From positions 1 to 64,000 of the IMG/VR virus record IMGVR_UViG_3300026488_000026: 64,000 bases of DNA. The stretch is one strand, 5' to 3'. The position numbers and the translations under genes are program-made. Shown here piece by piece: positions 19,513 to 28,733 of this stretch. This DNA comes from a virus. The notes under the pieces were generated by a model that was not told the origin of the DNA, ran no database searches, and saw only the letters and a program-made list of their open reading frames with translations. The number at the start of each line of letters is the position of its first letter. The first letter of the stretch is position 1.

Positions 19513-20562
19513 TTATACAACCCGTGTTGAAATGTAAATTCCTTTATAAGTTTTTTTACTCAAAGTTGGGTCGGTAGTAAACAAAGGAAAATGTCTAATG
19601 CTTACTGTTTCTTTAAAAAACTCACTAAAATAAACTTTACCATCAGAAGTTTCTTGTCTAAATCTAAATTTTAATTGATTTACTCTCCCCCATTGTGGGT
19701 TAGAGCCAGAAAAGTCAAGAGTTATTTTATTGTTAGTAAATTTATTTAATGGATAATAAGTGCTTCTTCTTGATCTTGACATATTTCCTGTGTTACCACT
19801 ATTGTTAAAATTAGTAACTTTATCATAACCCCACATTTCAAGAATTAAGTTTTCAGGAAAAGTTTGATTAAAGACAAAACCACCAATTGAAATGGTATTG
19901 AAAAATTTTTTATTTAATTGCATTGTTTCATTTCCATCAAATTGTTTATAAGTTACAGTCCAATCAGTAGGGTCGTCATTATTCATAACAGCATCTTCTA
20001 AATACATATATTGTTTTGTATTATCCCACATAGTAATCGGTATCATTGCATTTCTTGCTTTTACTCTTGTAGTACCCTCATACCTATCCAATCTTATATT
20101 ATACATTCCTCCAAATTTAATTGGCTCTTTATAAACAATTTTAATTGTTCCAGCTGGATTACCATTAGGAAAACTTAAATGTTGTGTATAACCAGCTGGA
20201 TTTATATATTGTTTTCCAAATTCCCAATCATCAAACAAAGTATCATTAATATATACTTTTACTAAATTTTTATTTGGAAAAATTAATTGTCTTAACCACA
20301 ATAGTTTTTGAGGCGAAATGTTATCCGTATGAGAATACATAATTATTTGATTTTCTCTAACATTACTACCTCCAAAAGGAACTAAATAGCCTTTTGAAAT
20401 TGCATCATCTACATTGCTTGTAGCTACCGAATTATTTGCTACAACATAATAATCGTAACTACCAGAATCTACAATAACCAATTGATTTAATTCATAATTC
20501 TGTAATATAATCACATCTGTTGGCTTTAATACAGGTATTTTATAATGAGTATAAACTTGCAT
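19513..20562 (-). CDS. putative virion accessory protein, paralogous to the C-terminal half of 20573..22441
   Basis: Shared blocks 'NKNLxKVxxN....DWxFG.Q' and 'VS.R.FP.FT.D'. Confidence 0.55.
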   Translation of the reverse strand: MQVYTHYKIPVLKPTDVIILQNYELNQLVIVDSGSYDYYVVANNSVATSNVDDAISKGYLVPFGGSNVRENQIIMYSHTDNISPQKLLWLRQLIFPNKNLVKVYINDTLFDDWEFGKQYINPAGYTQHLSFPNGNPAGTIKIVYKEPIKFGGMYNIRLDRYEGTTRVKARNAMIPITMWDNTKQYMYLEDAVMNNDDPTDWTVTYKQFDGNETMQLNKKFFNTISIGGFVFNQTFPENLILEMWGYDKVTNFNNSGNTGNMSRSRRSTYYPLNKFTNNKITLDFSGSNPQWGRVNQLKFRFRQETSDGKVYFSEFFKETVSIRHFPLFTTDPTLSKKTYKGIYISTRVV

Positions 20563-20572
20563 TTTTCCTCCT

Positions 20573-22441
20573 TTAAATAATTTTCATAAGTTTGTAATCA
20601 CCTACAAACTTATTTTCACTATCAGATGCATCTATTGTAAATACAGGAAAAGTCCTGACACTAACTACACTTGAAAGCCAACGACTAAACAAAACATTAC
20701 CACTTTCATCTGTTTTACCTAATCTAAAATGATAAATACCATTTTTATCAAGATTAGAAATTTTATTAATAGTAAATTTACCAATAGGTATTAATCTTCC
20801 TTGTGCCTCCATGTTATTTGGGATATGTTTTGTATTTGGGGATTTACTATCGCTTTTCCATACTTCTATCCAAAAACCATCTGGTAATGTTTCTTCTTTC
20901 GGAAATTCTGCTATATAAGCAAAATTAGGACTTGCTTTTTCTACTATAATTTTAATATCTGGGTTATCAATTCTAATATATTTACAAGAATAGCGTTTAT
21001 AACCTAATTCTTCCCCAAGTATGCTTACTTCTTTTAAATAAAATTTATTACCATGGCTATCTGTAATAAATTTAGTTATCATTTTTGGTCTTGAAGTTAT
21101 TTGTAAAGAGCCTTCTTTTCTATATAATACAAGTTTATAATCGCCCAAATTTATAGGCTCTAAATATTCAATTTTAATTTCATCATCGCTATTTAATGTA
21201 GTGTTGAATTTTAAATGAGTTGTATAATCAGGATTTAAACTTTGGACTTGATTGCCAAAATCCCAATCTTCATATTCTACTCCATTAACCCAAACTTTAA
21301 ATAAATTTTTGTTTTTAAAAACATAGCGTTTTAAAAACAACAAGTTTTTACCAGAAATATCTTTTCCTTTTCTATAAATAAAAACACGATTAGTTGTATC
21401 ACTACTATCGTTAAAGCTAAACAATTCTCCCGTGTTAATATCAATACCTATTACATAAGCATTTTCTGGTTTTGGTTTTGGGGTCTTTGCATAAGAATAA
21501 AAAATAGGATTTTTCATTTTAAAATCAAAAGCATCTTTTGTTACTGAGAAATAAGGTTTAATTGATGCAAAATCATTTCCTAAAGCAATATCATATTGTG
21601 CTTGGTCTCCATAAGCTCCAACTACTAATTGCTTATCACTAAGATTACCTCCTTTACCAGCCAAATAAGCTTGATAAAAACTTGTTGGATACATTGTTAA
21701 AAAAACTTGGTCTTTATAAGGGTCAGCAGAGGTAGAAGCCGTAAATCCAGCCCCAGCATAATTATCAGAATTATTTTCATTTGTTACATTTATTTCAACA
21801 ATACCATAAACATTTCTTTTTATAGCAATGCGTTGGACATCATCCGCCGTTTGATTGTTAGGTTGTAATTGTTTTCCAATTCCTGTATCTGATTCAGTTT
21901 TTTCCCAATAAGTTTTTTTATCAATAATATCACAGATATCTTTTGGCGTGTATCTTCTAACTTCATCAACAGCACAAGGATTTTGTTTTTCAACTTCAGT
22001 TATTTTATGAATTTGAACGCCAAGATAAAACCATTTTGGATTACCATCCTCGTCTTTCCTTGCTTCATACAAACCAGCTTTCTTTCTATTAAATAAAGTC
22101 CAAGTTCCTGTTGCTTTTTGAACTAACCATTGCTCCCCTAAATGGTCGGCTGGGTCAGGTAAATCAGCAAAAGTTTCAACTTCGCCTTCCCAACCATCAA
22201 AACTTGAACTACCTCCTCCTAAACTAACTTCAACCCAACTTATCAAATCATCTTGTAATTGCCAAAATTTTCCATCTTCTTGACAATAAACTACCATTCC
22301 TGATTTTCTTCTTAAATCAGGAATGTTATCTCTCTCTTCAATAGTAGCTACAACACGAAAACCACCTTCTAAATGAGTATCTTCAACTAAAGGATATTCT
22401 CCTCCACCTGTATCAAATTTTCCTGTTATTTTAATCCCCAT
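20573..22441 (-). CDS. putative virion fibre/decoration protein
   Basis: N-terminal 'GGFRVVATIEERDNIP..RRKSGMVVY' and 'VETFADLP' modules typical of phage fibre proteins. Confidence 0.55.
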   Translation of the reverse strand: MGIKITGKFDTGGGEYPLVEDTHLEGGFRVVATIEERDNIPDLRRKSGMVVYCQEDGKFWQLQDDLISWVEVSLGGGSSSFDGWEGEVETFADLPDPADHLGEQWLVQKATGTWTLFNRKKAGLYEARKDEDGNPKWFYLGVQIHKITEVEKQNPCAVDEVRRYTPKDICDIIDKKTYWEKTESDTGIGKQLQPNNQTADDVQRIAIKRNVYGIVEINVTNENNSDNYAGAGFTASTSADPYKDQVFLTMYPTSFYQAYLAGKGGNLSDKQLVVGAYGDQAQYDIALGNDFASIKPYFSVTKDAFDFKMKNPIFYSYAKTPKPKPENAYVIGIDINTGELFSFNDSSDTTNRVFIYRKGKDISGKNLLFLKRYVFKNKNLFKVWVNGVEYEDWDFGNQVQSLNPDYTTHLKFNTTLNSDDEIKIEYLEPINLGDYKLVLYRKEGSLQITSRPKMITKFITDSHGNKFYLKEVSILGEELGYKRYSCKYIRIDNPDIKIIVEKASPNFAYIAEFPKEETLPDGFWIEVWKSDSKSPNTKHIPNNMEAQGRLIPIGKFTINKISNLDKNGIYHFRLGKTDESGNVLFSRWLSSVVSVRTFPVFTIDASDSENKFVGDYKLMKII

Positions 22442-22452
22442 TTAAAAACTCC

Positions 22453-23268
22453 TTAACTGATAGTGCTATCTAACGGACTACCTTGTTGATAAGTAGTTCG
22501 TAATGCTTTATATTCAATTGTAACACCATAATCATTTGTTATATTTATATTATCTAAATAAGTAAAATCCACGGCAAAACCCGATTCATTGTCACGCCAA
22601 TCATTAATATTTCCCCATTCAGCTGGATAAAAAACAAAATAATATCTCAATTCACCATGATTATCAAAATTATATTTTCCTGAATACCCACTTTTTAAAG
22701 CACTATTCTCAAGTGCTTTAATTTCTTCCGCAGTTAAAGTTTCTTTTACCGAAGTTCCCCAATAAACTCTTGCTCTCCAATAAACACGAAAATCTCTACT
22801 AAATGTTTGTTCTTTTGTATTAACACCACTAATTCTCCAAGTATAATAACTATTAATTTCGCTTGAAGTTTTATCCTCCCCTATATCTAAATTTTCCTGA
22901 CCATCATTTGCTAAATTACTACCTAAAATTGTATTAGCGTTTATATCTTTAATGCTAATAGAGTTTTCTTTTATATTTTCTGAATGACTTGTACTCCATT
23001 TAAAAGTTCTAATCCCACCGCTTATTGCTTGTCCTACTTCTAATTGCGTTGATTGTCCTTCAATATAAAAACTTGTAAAAGAAGGATATTGATAAGGAAA
23101 CAAAATCATTTTTAAAACTTCACAAGGTTGCATTCCATTAATATCTGTACCAGCTTCTAATCCACCATGTTTTTCTGGTACAACTTCTTCAGTTTGCATA
23201 ACACAACCACCAGACCCTCCACCAACTCCTATATCAGGGTAAATCACAGAAAATTTATTATTTGGCAT
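22453..23268 (-). CDS. putative virion protein
   Basis: 'GGLEAGT...LFPYQYPSF' motif seen in structural proteins; late promoter upstream. Confidence 0.5.
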   Translation of the reverse strand: MPNNKFSVIYPDIGVGGGSGGCVMQTEEVVPEKHGGLEAGTDINGMQPCEVLKMILFPYQYPSFTSFYIEGQSTQLEVGQAISGGIRTFKWSTSHSENIKENSISIKDINANTILGSNLANDGQENLDIGEDKTSSEINSYYTWRISGVNTKEQTFSRDFRVYWRARVYWGTSVKETLTAEEIKALENSALKSGYSGKYNFDNHGELRYYFVFYPAEWGNINDWRDNESGFAVDFTYLDNINITNDYGVTIEYKALRTTYQQGSPLDSTIS

Positions 23269-23297
23269 TTTCTTCCTTTATAGTTAGCATTTATACA

Positions 23298-23305
23298 TAT
23301 ATCAG
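23298..23305 (-). promoter_or_regulatory. late promoter box CTGATATA
   Basis: 30 nt upstream of ATG 23268. Confidence 0.75.
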
Positions 23306-23333
23306 TTATATTACTTTTAAAAACTAAAAAACC

Positions 23334-24692
23334 TTATACAACTTGAATTTGTAAATTTTGTAATTTCCACCAACCACTTGTTAAATAACGCAAAGCACCA
23401 ACAGCTAAGTCAAAATGCCCATCTTTGTTTCTTTCTATTGTTTTTCCATTTGAATTTTCTTTCCAATGAGCCAACTTTAATTCTTCTATTAATTGCATAC
23501 AATTTTCAGATATAAATAATTTTCCTTTTTGAAATGCTGTGTTAATGTCCCTAATGCTTTCTACTAATTGAATTGGTGCGGGTTGTGTATAGTAGTTATA
23601 GCTATATGCCATATCAGCCATTGTCAAACTTGCACTTGGGTCACAAAACCTTACAACTTGCATATCAGGATTTTCCGCATATCTTTGTTCTATTTCTCTG
23701 AATTGTTTAACATGCCATTCAATAGGCATTTGCCCAGCTTTATATTCGTCCAAAACATAAATATTGCCCGTCATAGGCTCTACCCAAGCTATAACAAAAC
23801 TTGTATTATCTCTATAACCTATATCAATTCCTACTACAAATGTATCTTTTGTTGTCATTTTGTTTTTCAAATCATTAATTCTAAATACATTTTTTTCTAA
23901 ATCAAAAGCATAAAATACTTGTAAATCCTCGCTAAACCCACTTTGAAACTCACATAAATATTCTTGTTCAAAACTTCTTTTATCAAGTTTAGCTTTAATT
24001 GCCTCAATCATTTCTCTTGTTATCATAGGATTATCATAAATAGTTACCTTTTTACAAAAATAATCATCGCGTTCAGCACATCTTTTCCATAATTTATAAA
24101 AATCATTATCAAAAGTTCTTGGCGTTCCTATAAAAAAAGTTTTAGAATACATAAAACCATTTTCATCAGTTCCATAATCATTTTGTGCTGGAGAAATATA
24201 AGTTTCCCAAATTTCAAGAACATTATTAATACTCGCGGTTTCATCAAAAATAACCAAACTAAATTTATCTCCAAGTGCATTTTCATAATTTTTTTCAGTA
24301 ACGACACGAAACTTTGCACCATTTTCTAATGTAAATGTTAAACCTTTCATATCTTTTGATTTAAAAGGCAATTGTAATTTGTTTACATCTTTTTCAACAT
24401 TACTAAAAATAGCTTGTGCATTTGCAAAAGTAGGCGTTACTAATAATATACTTGAATTTGGAACTAAAAGTTCAGCGGAGGCAATTTTTGACATAACTGT
24501 TGATTTACCAGCTCTTCTTGACATTAAAAAAACACCAACATTAAAATCCCCTTTTTGTATTCTATCAATTATTTCTTGTTGATATTTTGTAGGAGTAAAT
24601 TCAAAAAGTTTCATTACCTTATTATAATCTATCTTCTTTTTAACTTTTTTATAAAGCTCTATTTCTTGATTTATAGGTTTAAATTCAGACAT
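23334..24692 (-). CDS. terL: terminase large subunit
   Basis: Q motif (YQQ), Walker A 'SRRAGKS', Walker B 'VIFDE', 'GTP' coupling motif, RNase H-like 'GIDIG' and 'HFD'. Confidence 0.96.
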   Translation of the reverse strand: MSEFKPINQEIELYKKVKKKIDYNKVMKLFEFTPTKYQQEIIDRIQKGDFNVGVFLMSRRAGKSTVMSKIASAELLVPNSSILLVTPTFANAQAIFSNVEKDVNKLQLPFKSKDMKGLTFTLENGAKFRVVTEKNYENALGDKFSLVIFDETASINNVLEIWETYISPAQNDYGTDENGFMYSKTFFIGTPRTFDNDFYKLWKRCAERDDYFCKKVTIYDNPMITREMIEAIKAKLDKRSFEQEYLCEFQSGFSEDLQVFYAFDLEKNVFRINDLKNKMTTKDTFVVGIDIGYRDNTSFVIAWVEPMTGNIYVLDEYKAGQMPIEWHVKQFREIEQRYAENPDMQVVRFCDPSASLTMADMAYSYNYYTQPAPIQLVESIRDINTAFQKGKLFISENCMQLIEELKLAHWKENSNGKTIERNKDGHFDLAVGALRYLTSGWWKLQNLQIQVV

Positions 24693-24726
24693 TAAACAAT
24701 CCTTTTAATAAATTGTAATTTTAAGT

Positions 24727-24734
24727 TATATCAG
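24727..24734 (-). promoter_or_regulatory. late promoter box CTGATATA
   Basis: 35 nt upstream of terL ATG. Confidence 0.75.
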
Positions 24735-24799
24735 ATTAAATTTAAGTATAAAAAGAATTGTAAGAAATTTGTTATGAGAGTTTAATGAGTTTTTTCAGA

Positions 24800-24926
24800 T
24801 AGGATATAAAAAAAATTCTTTAAGGCTTCGGACAGTTTTAAAATTCCCTAAAATTCGACATTTTAAACTTTTTTTATAAAAAATACTTTATAAAAATCGT
24901 CAAAACTCTTGTATAAAATTTTTTAC
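24800..24926 (+). repeat. 126-bp dispersed intergenic repeat, copy 2
   Basis: Near-identical to 9158-9283. Confidence 0.95.
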
Positions 24927-24930
24927 GCTA

Positions 24931-24959
24931 TTGACAAAATGTAAAAATTTTTTTATAAT
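24931..24959 (+). promoter_or_regulatory. sigma70-type promoter of plus-strand island
   Basis: TTGACA-N17-TATAAT. Confidence 0.85.
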
Positions 24960-25000
24960 TTAAAAAAATTTAAGAACTTATCATAAAAATTAAGGAGGAA

Positions 25001-25249
25001 ATGATGACTGAATTAAGATATATTTGTGATGGATATGATTGTTGGCAAACAGGTGATTTAGATGAAATTTGGGAAATAGATAAAGAGGTTGCTGAAAAAG
25101 TAATTGAACTTGGTTTTTGCAACGAAAGTGCTAACGCAAAAGATTTACATTTATGTAAAGAATGTATTAATGAACTTTTAAAAGAATATCCTGATATTTT
25201 TGAAGTAGAAGATGAAATGCTATGTTTTAAGGAGGCAAAAAATGACTAA
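25001..25249 (+). CDS. small acidic Cys-rich hypothetical protein
   Basis: AAGGAGG RBS, consensus promoter upstream. Confidence 0.7.
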   Translation: MMTELRYICDGYDCWQTGDLDEIWEIDKEVAEKVIELGFCNESANAKDLHLCKECINELLKEYPDIFEVEDEMLCFKEAKND

Positions 25250-25445
25250 AAAATTTTTAGTTGATTTGATTGTTGTTGGATTAGCACTCATATTTTATGC
25301 ACTTTTTATTTTAGGGCTAAGTCAAAAGGTTTATAACGAGGTTTTTATTAAATATTTTAGCCCTATTATTATCTTTTTAGGTTTTTTGCAGTTAAGTGAA
25401 TTTTTAGTAAGCATAATTAAATTAATTATAAGAATTTTAAAATAA
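25242..25445 (+). CDS. small 2-TM membrane protein
   Basis: Start moved to 25242 (AAGGAGG RBS); two hydrophobic segments. Confidence 0.65.
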   Translation: MTKKFLVDLIVVGLALIFYALFILGLSQKVYNEVFIKYFSPIIIFLGFLQLSEFLVSIIKLIIRILK

Positions 25446-25462
25446 AAACAAAAAGAGATAAA

Positions 25463-25926
25463 ATGGAATATAGCGTAATAATAAACCTAACTCAACACAA
25501 AGCAACAGAAGAACGGAAACAAGCAGGTGTAATTGATTTACCAGAAAAATATCAAACAAAACTAAAAACACTTTAAACTTTTGATGAATTACTTACTTGT
25601 GAGGAAATTATTAATAGAGCTGAAAAATAAGAGATTTAGTTTTAGAGTTTTTAACAGATGATTTAAGTCCTGTTAAAAATGAGGTCAAACAAATTTTAAA
25701 ACTAAATGGAATTAAACAATTTGGGGAGTTTAGAAAATTAAATTTAGGTTTTATGCTTGGTGGTGCATCTTATTTGATATGTGTTTTAGAAGAGGAAATA
25801 AGTTATTTTGGAACACCTTTATATGCTTTTACAAAAAGAATTGTAGAGGAAACAAAAAAAGCAGATGGAACAATAGAAAAGAAAGTAATTTTTAAACATG
25901 AAGGTTTTGTCCTCACTTGTGTTTAG
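25463..25926 (+). pseudogene. disrupted Csx20-like (putative cOA ring nuclease) gene
   Basis: Reconstructs to IINLTQH..AGVIDLP..GGA..PLYAFTKR..E..DG..K..FKHEGF; in-frame TAA at 25574-25576 and 1-nt frameshift near 25627. Confidence 0.65.
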
Positions 25927-26447
25927 TCTTTTATAACTTGTTGTAAGATATTTACAAAGACATTTCCTGTTGTTCCCAATTTTTTTCTTTCTTCTTCTTT
26001 CATAACATCATCAAGCATTTTAGCAATATCTAAAATATCTTTATCAGTAGCATTTGCAAAATTTCCGCCATGTTTTTCTATTTGTTCTATTTTATCTTCT
26101 AATGTTCTCATAATAACTGAAACTACAACATTTTTAGCATTTTCTTTTATTTCTTTCATAATCGCATTATAAAATTCTTTAACATAAGGTTTTGATAGAG
26201 TTCTACTAATGTATTGATAAGGCAAACCAAGTTCTTTTGCAATTCTTTTATTACTATAACCACGAACTTTCATTTCAACTACATATCTTTCGATTGTTGA
26301 TAAAGGTTTATCAAAATTAACATTTGTAAATTCAAGTAAATCAGCTTTTATCTCGCCTTTAGCATTAGCATCAGGTAAATTTTTAAGTTCTTCTTGATTA
26401 ACAACAGGAACTCCTACAATTTCTTTTGTTTCTTTAGACATTAACAT
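25923..26447 (-). CDS. terS: terminase small subunit
   Basis: HTH 'GYSNKRIAKELGL', helical oligomerisation region, upstream of terL. Confidence 0.7.
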   Translation of the reverse strand: MLMSKETKEIVGVPVVNQEELKNLPDANAKGEIKADLLEFTNVNFDKPLSTIERYVVEMKVRGYSNKRIAKELGLPYQYISRTLSKPYVKEFYNAIMKEIKENAKNVVVSVIMRTLEDKIEQIEKHGGNFANATDKDILDIAKMLDDVMKEEERKKLGTTGNVFVNILQQVIKD

Positions 26448-26697
26448 TCCTTTTTTCTAATGAGTCAGCAAATTTTAATACTAAATCATTTATTTCATCT
26501 TCACTAATTTTAGTTTCTTTGTTTTTACAACATTCACAACGACTTTTGTTATCTAATTCGTCTAAATCATTAACATAAAAAATATTAGAACAAGTGCAAA
26601 CAATTTCATATTTACCAAAATTCTCTAAATATGTATAATCAAGCATTGGATTAATTTTTTTCATTTTTAGTTCCTTTATTGTATAAAATTTAATCAA
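26434..26697 (-). CDS. small Zn-ribbon-like hypothetical protein
   Basis: CTC...CECC motif. Confidence 0.5.
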   Translation of the reverse strand: MIKFYTIKELKMKKINPMLDYTYLENFGKYEIVCTCSNIFYVNDLDELDNKSRCECCKNKETKISEDEINDLVLKFADSLEKRNVNV

Positions 26698-26732
26698 TTT
26701 ATTATAACAAATTTAATCAATTTAGTAAATTT

Positions 26733-27047
26733 TTATATTTTTGATTTTATTTTTTTTACAATTTCTACTTCAATTAGATATAATAAATTTGCTCCTTTAT
26801 GTGCCATAATACCTCCAAAAGCACTTGCTCCATAAATACTTACATTAAGCATATCATAAGCAAGAACAAATCCTATTAAACCTAAAAATCCTGCATAAAA
26901 CAAATCTAATAAATATAGCATTATTTTAGTTTTAATAGGTTTGTTTTTCAAATCTCTTTGTGTGAAATTTATTGAAGTAGCCCAAAGTATAAAAATCATT
27001 AAAATTATATAAGCTTTTAAAGTTACTTCGTCCCATTTATTTTTCAT
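26733..27047 (-). CDS. putative holin-like membrane protein (3 TM)
   Basis: Hydrophobic segments and 'AFGGIMAHKGA' resembling LydA-type holins; late promoter upstream. Confidence 0.55.
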   Translation of the reverse strand: MKNKWDEVTLKAYIILMIFILWATSINFTQRDLKNKPIKTKIMLYLLDLFYAGFLGLIGFVLAYDMLNVSIYGASAFGGIMAHKGANLLYLIEVEIVKKIKSKI

Positions 27048-27074
27048 TTTTTACCTTTTATATAATATTACTTA

Positions 27075-27082
27075 TATATCGA
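27075..27082 (-). promoter_or_regulatory. late promoter box variant TCGATATA
   Basis: 28 nt upstream of ATG 27047. Confidence 0.6.
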
Positions 27083-27155
27083 AATGTTAAGGTTTATAAA
27101 TTATTATTTACTTATTTATTTGTTATAATATTAAATAAAATTTTAAAGGTAAAAA

Positions 27156-27881
27156 ATGAAAAAAATTGCTCTTTTATCAGGAGGTAAAGATAGTGTTACA
27201 ATGGTTGATTTGTTATTAAAAAATAATTATAAAGTAGATTATATTATTTATAATGACACAAAAATGGAATTTAAAGAAATGTATGAATATATGGAAAGAG
27301 TTAAAAAATATTTTAAAGAAAAATACAATAAGGAAATTATTACTTTAACTACTGAAAAAGATTATGTTAAAGATTTGTTTCTTAAAAAAAGAAAAAGGGG
27401 AGAATATAAAGGTTATTATTATGGTGTTTTATCTAAAAATCTACCTTTTTGTTGGTGGCGTGATTATGTAAAAAAAGCTCCAATGAATAAATGGTTAAAA
27501 CAAAATAATATAAAAAATTACTATATGTATATTGGTTTTTCAAATAATGAAAAAAGAAGAGCTAAAAGGTTTAAAAGAAACAATCCTAACGCTATTTTTC
27601 CACTTATTGAATATTTTGATATGAGTGAAAATGATTGTTTAGAATATACTAAACAAATAAATTTATATAATCCTTTATATGATTATTTTCAAAGAACAGG
27701 ATGTAGATTGTGTCCTTATCGTAAAAAAGAAGATATTTATAAAATTTACAAATATTTTCCTAATGTTTGGGAGGAATATAAAAAAATGGAAGAATTATTT
27801 GAAAATAAAGGGAAAGTTATTAGTAGGTATTTTTTCGATAAACCAATAAAAGAATTAGAAAGAGAATTTAAAATAATTTAG
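27156..27881 (+). CDS. PAPS reductase-family (PP-loop) protein
   Basis: 'SGGKDS' PP-loop, 'DT..EF', 'RTGCRLCPY' Fe-S motif. Confidence 0.85.
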   Translation: MKKIALLSGGKDSVTMVDLLLKNNYKVDYIIYNDTKMEFKEMYEYMERVKKYFKEKYNKEIITLTTEKDYVKDLFLKKRKRGEYKGYYYGVLSKNLPFCWWRDYVKKAPMNKWLKQNNIKNYYMYIGFSNNEKRRAKRFKRNNPNAIFPLIEYFDMSENDCLEYTKQINLYNPLYDYFQRTGCRLCPYRKKEDIYKIYKYFPNVWEEYKKMEELFENKGKVISRYFFDKPIKELEREFKII

Positions 27882-28212
27882 GTAATTTATATTTAAAGAA
27901 ATGATAAAACTTTACAGCATAATAAAAAAGGTAGCTTGTAAATTTTCCTACTTTTAAATCTAATAAGCAATTTAAAAAGCATTTATCAGCTTTATCATAA
28001 AGTTCTAAATCACACAAATAATCATGTAAAATAGCACAAGGTAAATAATCAGTTCTATTTGGCGGATAAAAAATCCAAAATATACGCGGAATAGTAGCCC
28101 CGTCGCTTATATAACCTTTTGGTATTTTAATGTTTTTATAATAAAAATCTTTTAAAACTTTAAATTTATGATTTTTTAAAGGTTGTAACCATACATCACT
28201 ATATTTTAACAT
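27868..28212 (-). CDS. DUF1353-like protein
   Basis: 'IPKGYISDGATIPRIFW...AILHDYL' signature. Confidence 0.85.
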   Translation of the reverse strand: MLKYSDVWLQPLKNHKFKVLKDFYYKNIKIPKGYISDGATIPRIFWIFYPPNRTDYLPCAILHDYLCDLELYDKADKCFLNCLLDLKVGKFTSYLFYYAVKFYHFFKYKLPKLF

Positions 28213-28733
28213 TATTCACCTTCCCAATTTATAGCATCAAGTTCTTCTAAACTTACTGCTTTTTTTGCTTTTTTTCTTAATGTTATTTTTTTATTCCATA
28301 ATGTTGAATAATTAAGTCCTAACTCAACAAGCATCTTTTTTACTTCCTCAATCGGCACTTCGTGGTCTTTATTGTAATAATCACCTACAATTATTGTTTT
28401 TAAGCCTAAATCAAGTGCTAATTCGTAACCTGCTTTTAATTTTTGTATATCTATAAAATCTGCATCCATTGTAATTCCATTAGAACAAGTAAAGCCATTT
28501 TTTATAAAATAATCAAAAGCTGATTTTATTTCTTCAATTTTTAATTCTCTTGCTTTTTCTAATATTAATTCCTCATCAGGGACAATATTTCCATTTTCAT
28601 CAAGTTTATAAAAAGGAAATCTTGCTTCTGGTAATTTATCCGTTAAAATAAAACCTTCTTTATCTTTATATTCTTCTTCGTTTTCTACATCAATTGGTAT
28701 TAGTCTTTTTTCTTCATTTACAAAAAATAACAT
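28212..28733 (-). CDS. DUF4376-like tail fibre assembly protein
   Basis: 'ARELKIEEIK' and C-terminal 'SLEELDAINW'. Confidence 0.75.
   Translation of the reverse strand: MLFFVNEEKRLIPIDVENEEEYKDKEGFILTDKLPEARFPFYKLDENGNIVPDEELILEKARELKIEEIKSAFDYFIKNGFTCSNGITMDADFIDIQKLKAGYELALDLGLKTIIVGDYYNKDHEVPIEEVKKMLVELGLNYSTLWNKKITLRKKAKKAVSLEELDAINWEGE

Noticed and set aside
23230-23237. Additional late promoter box
   Set aside because: It lies inside the coding sequence (YPDIG) with no downstream start at the usual distance.
25574-25630. Stop-codon reassignment or read-through explaining the internal stops
   Set aside because: All other genes read intact in the standard code and TAA is the main stop; a frameshift is also needed.
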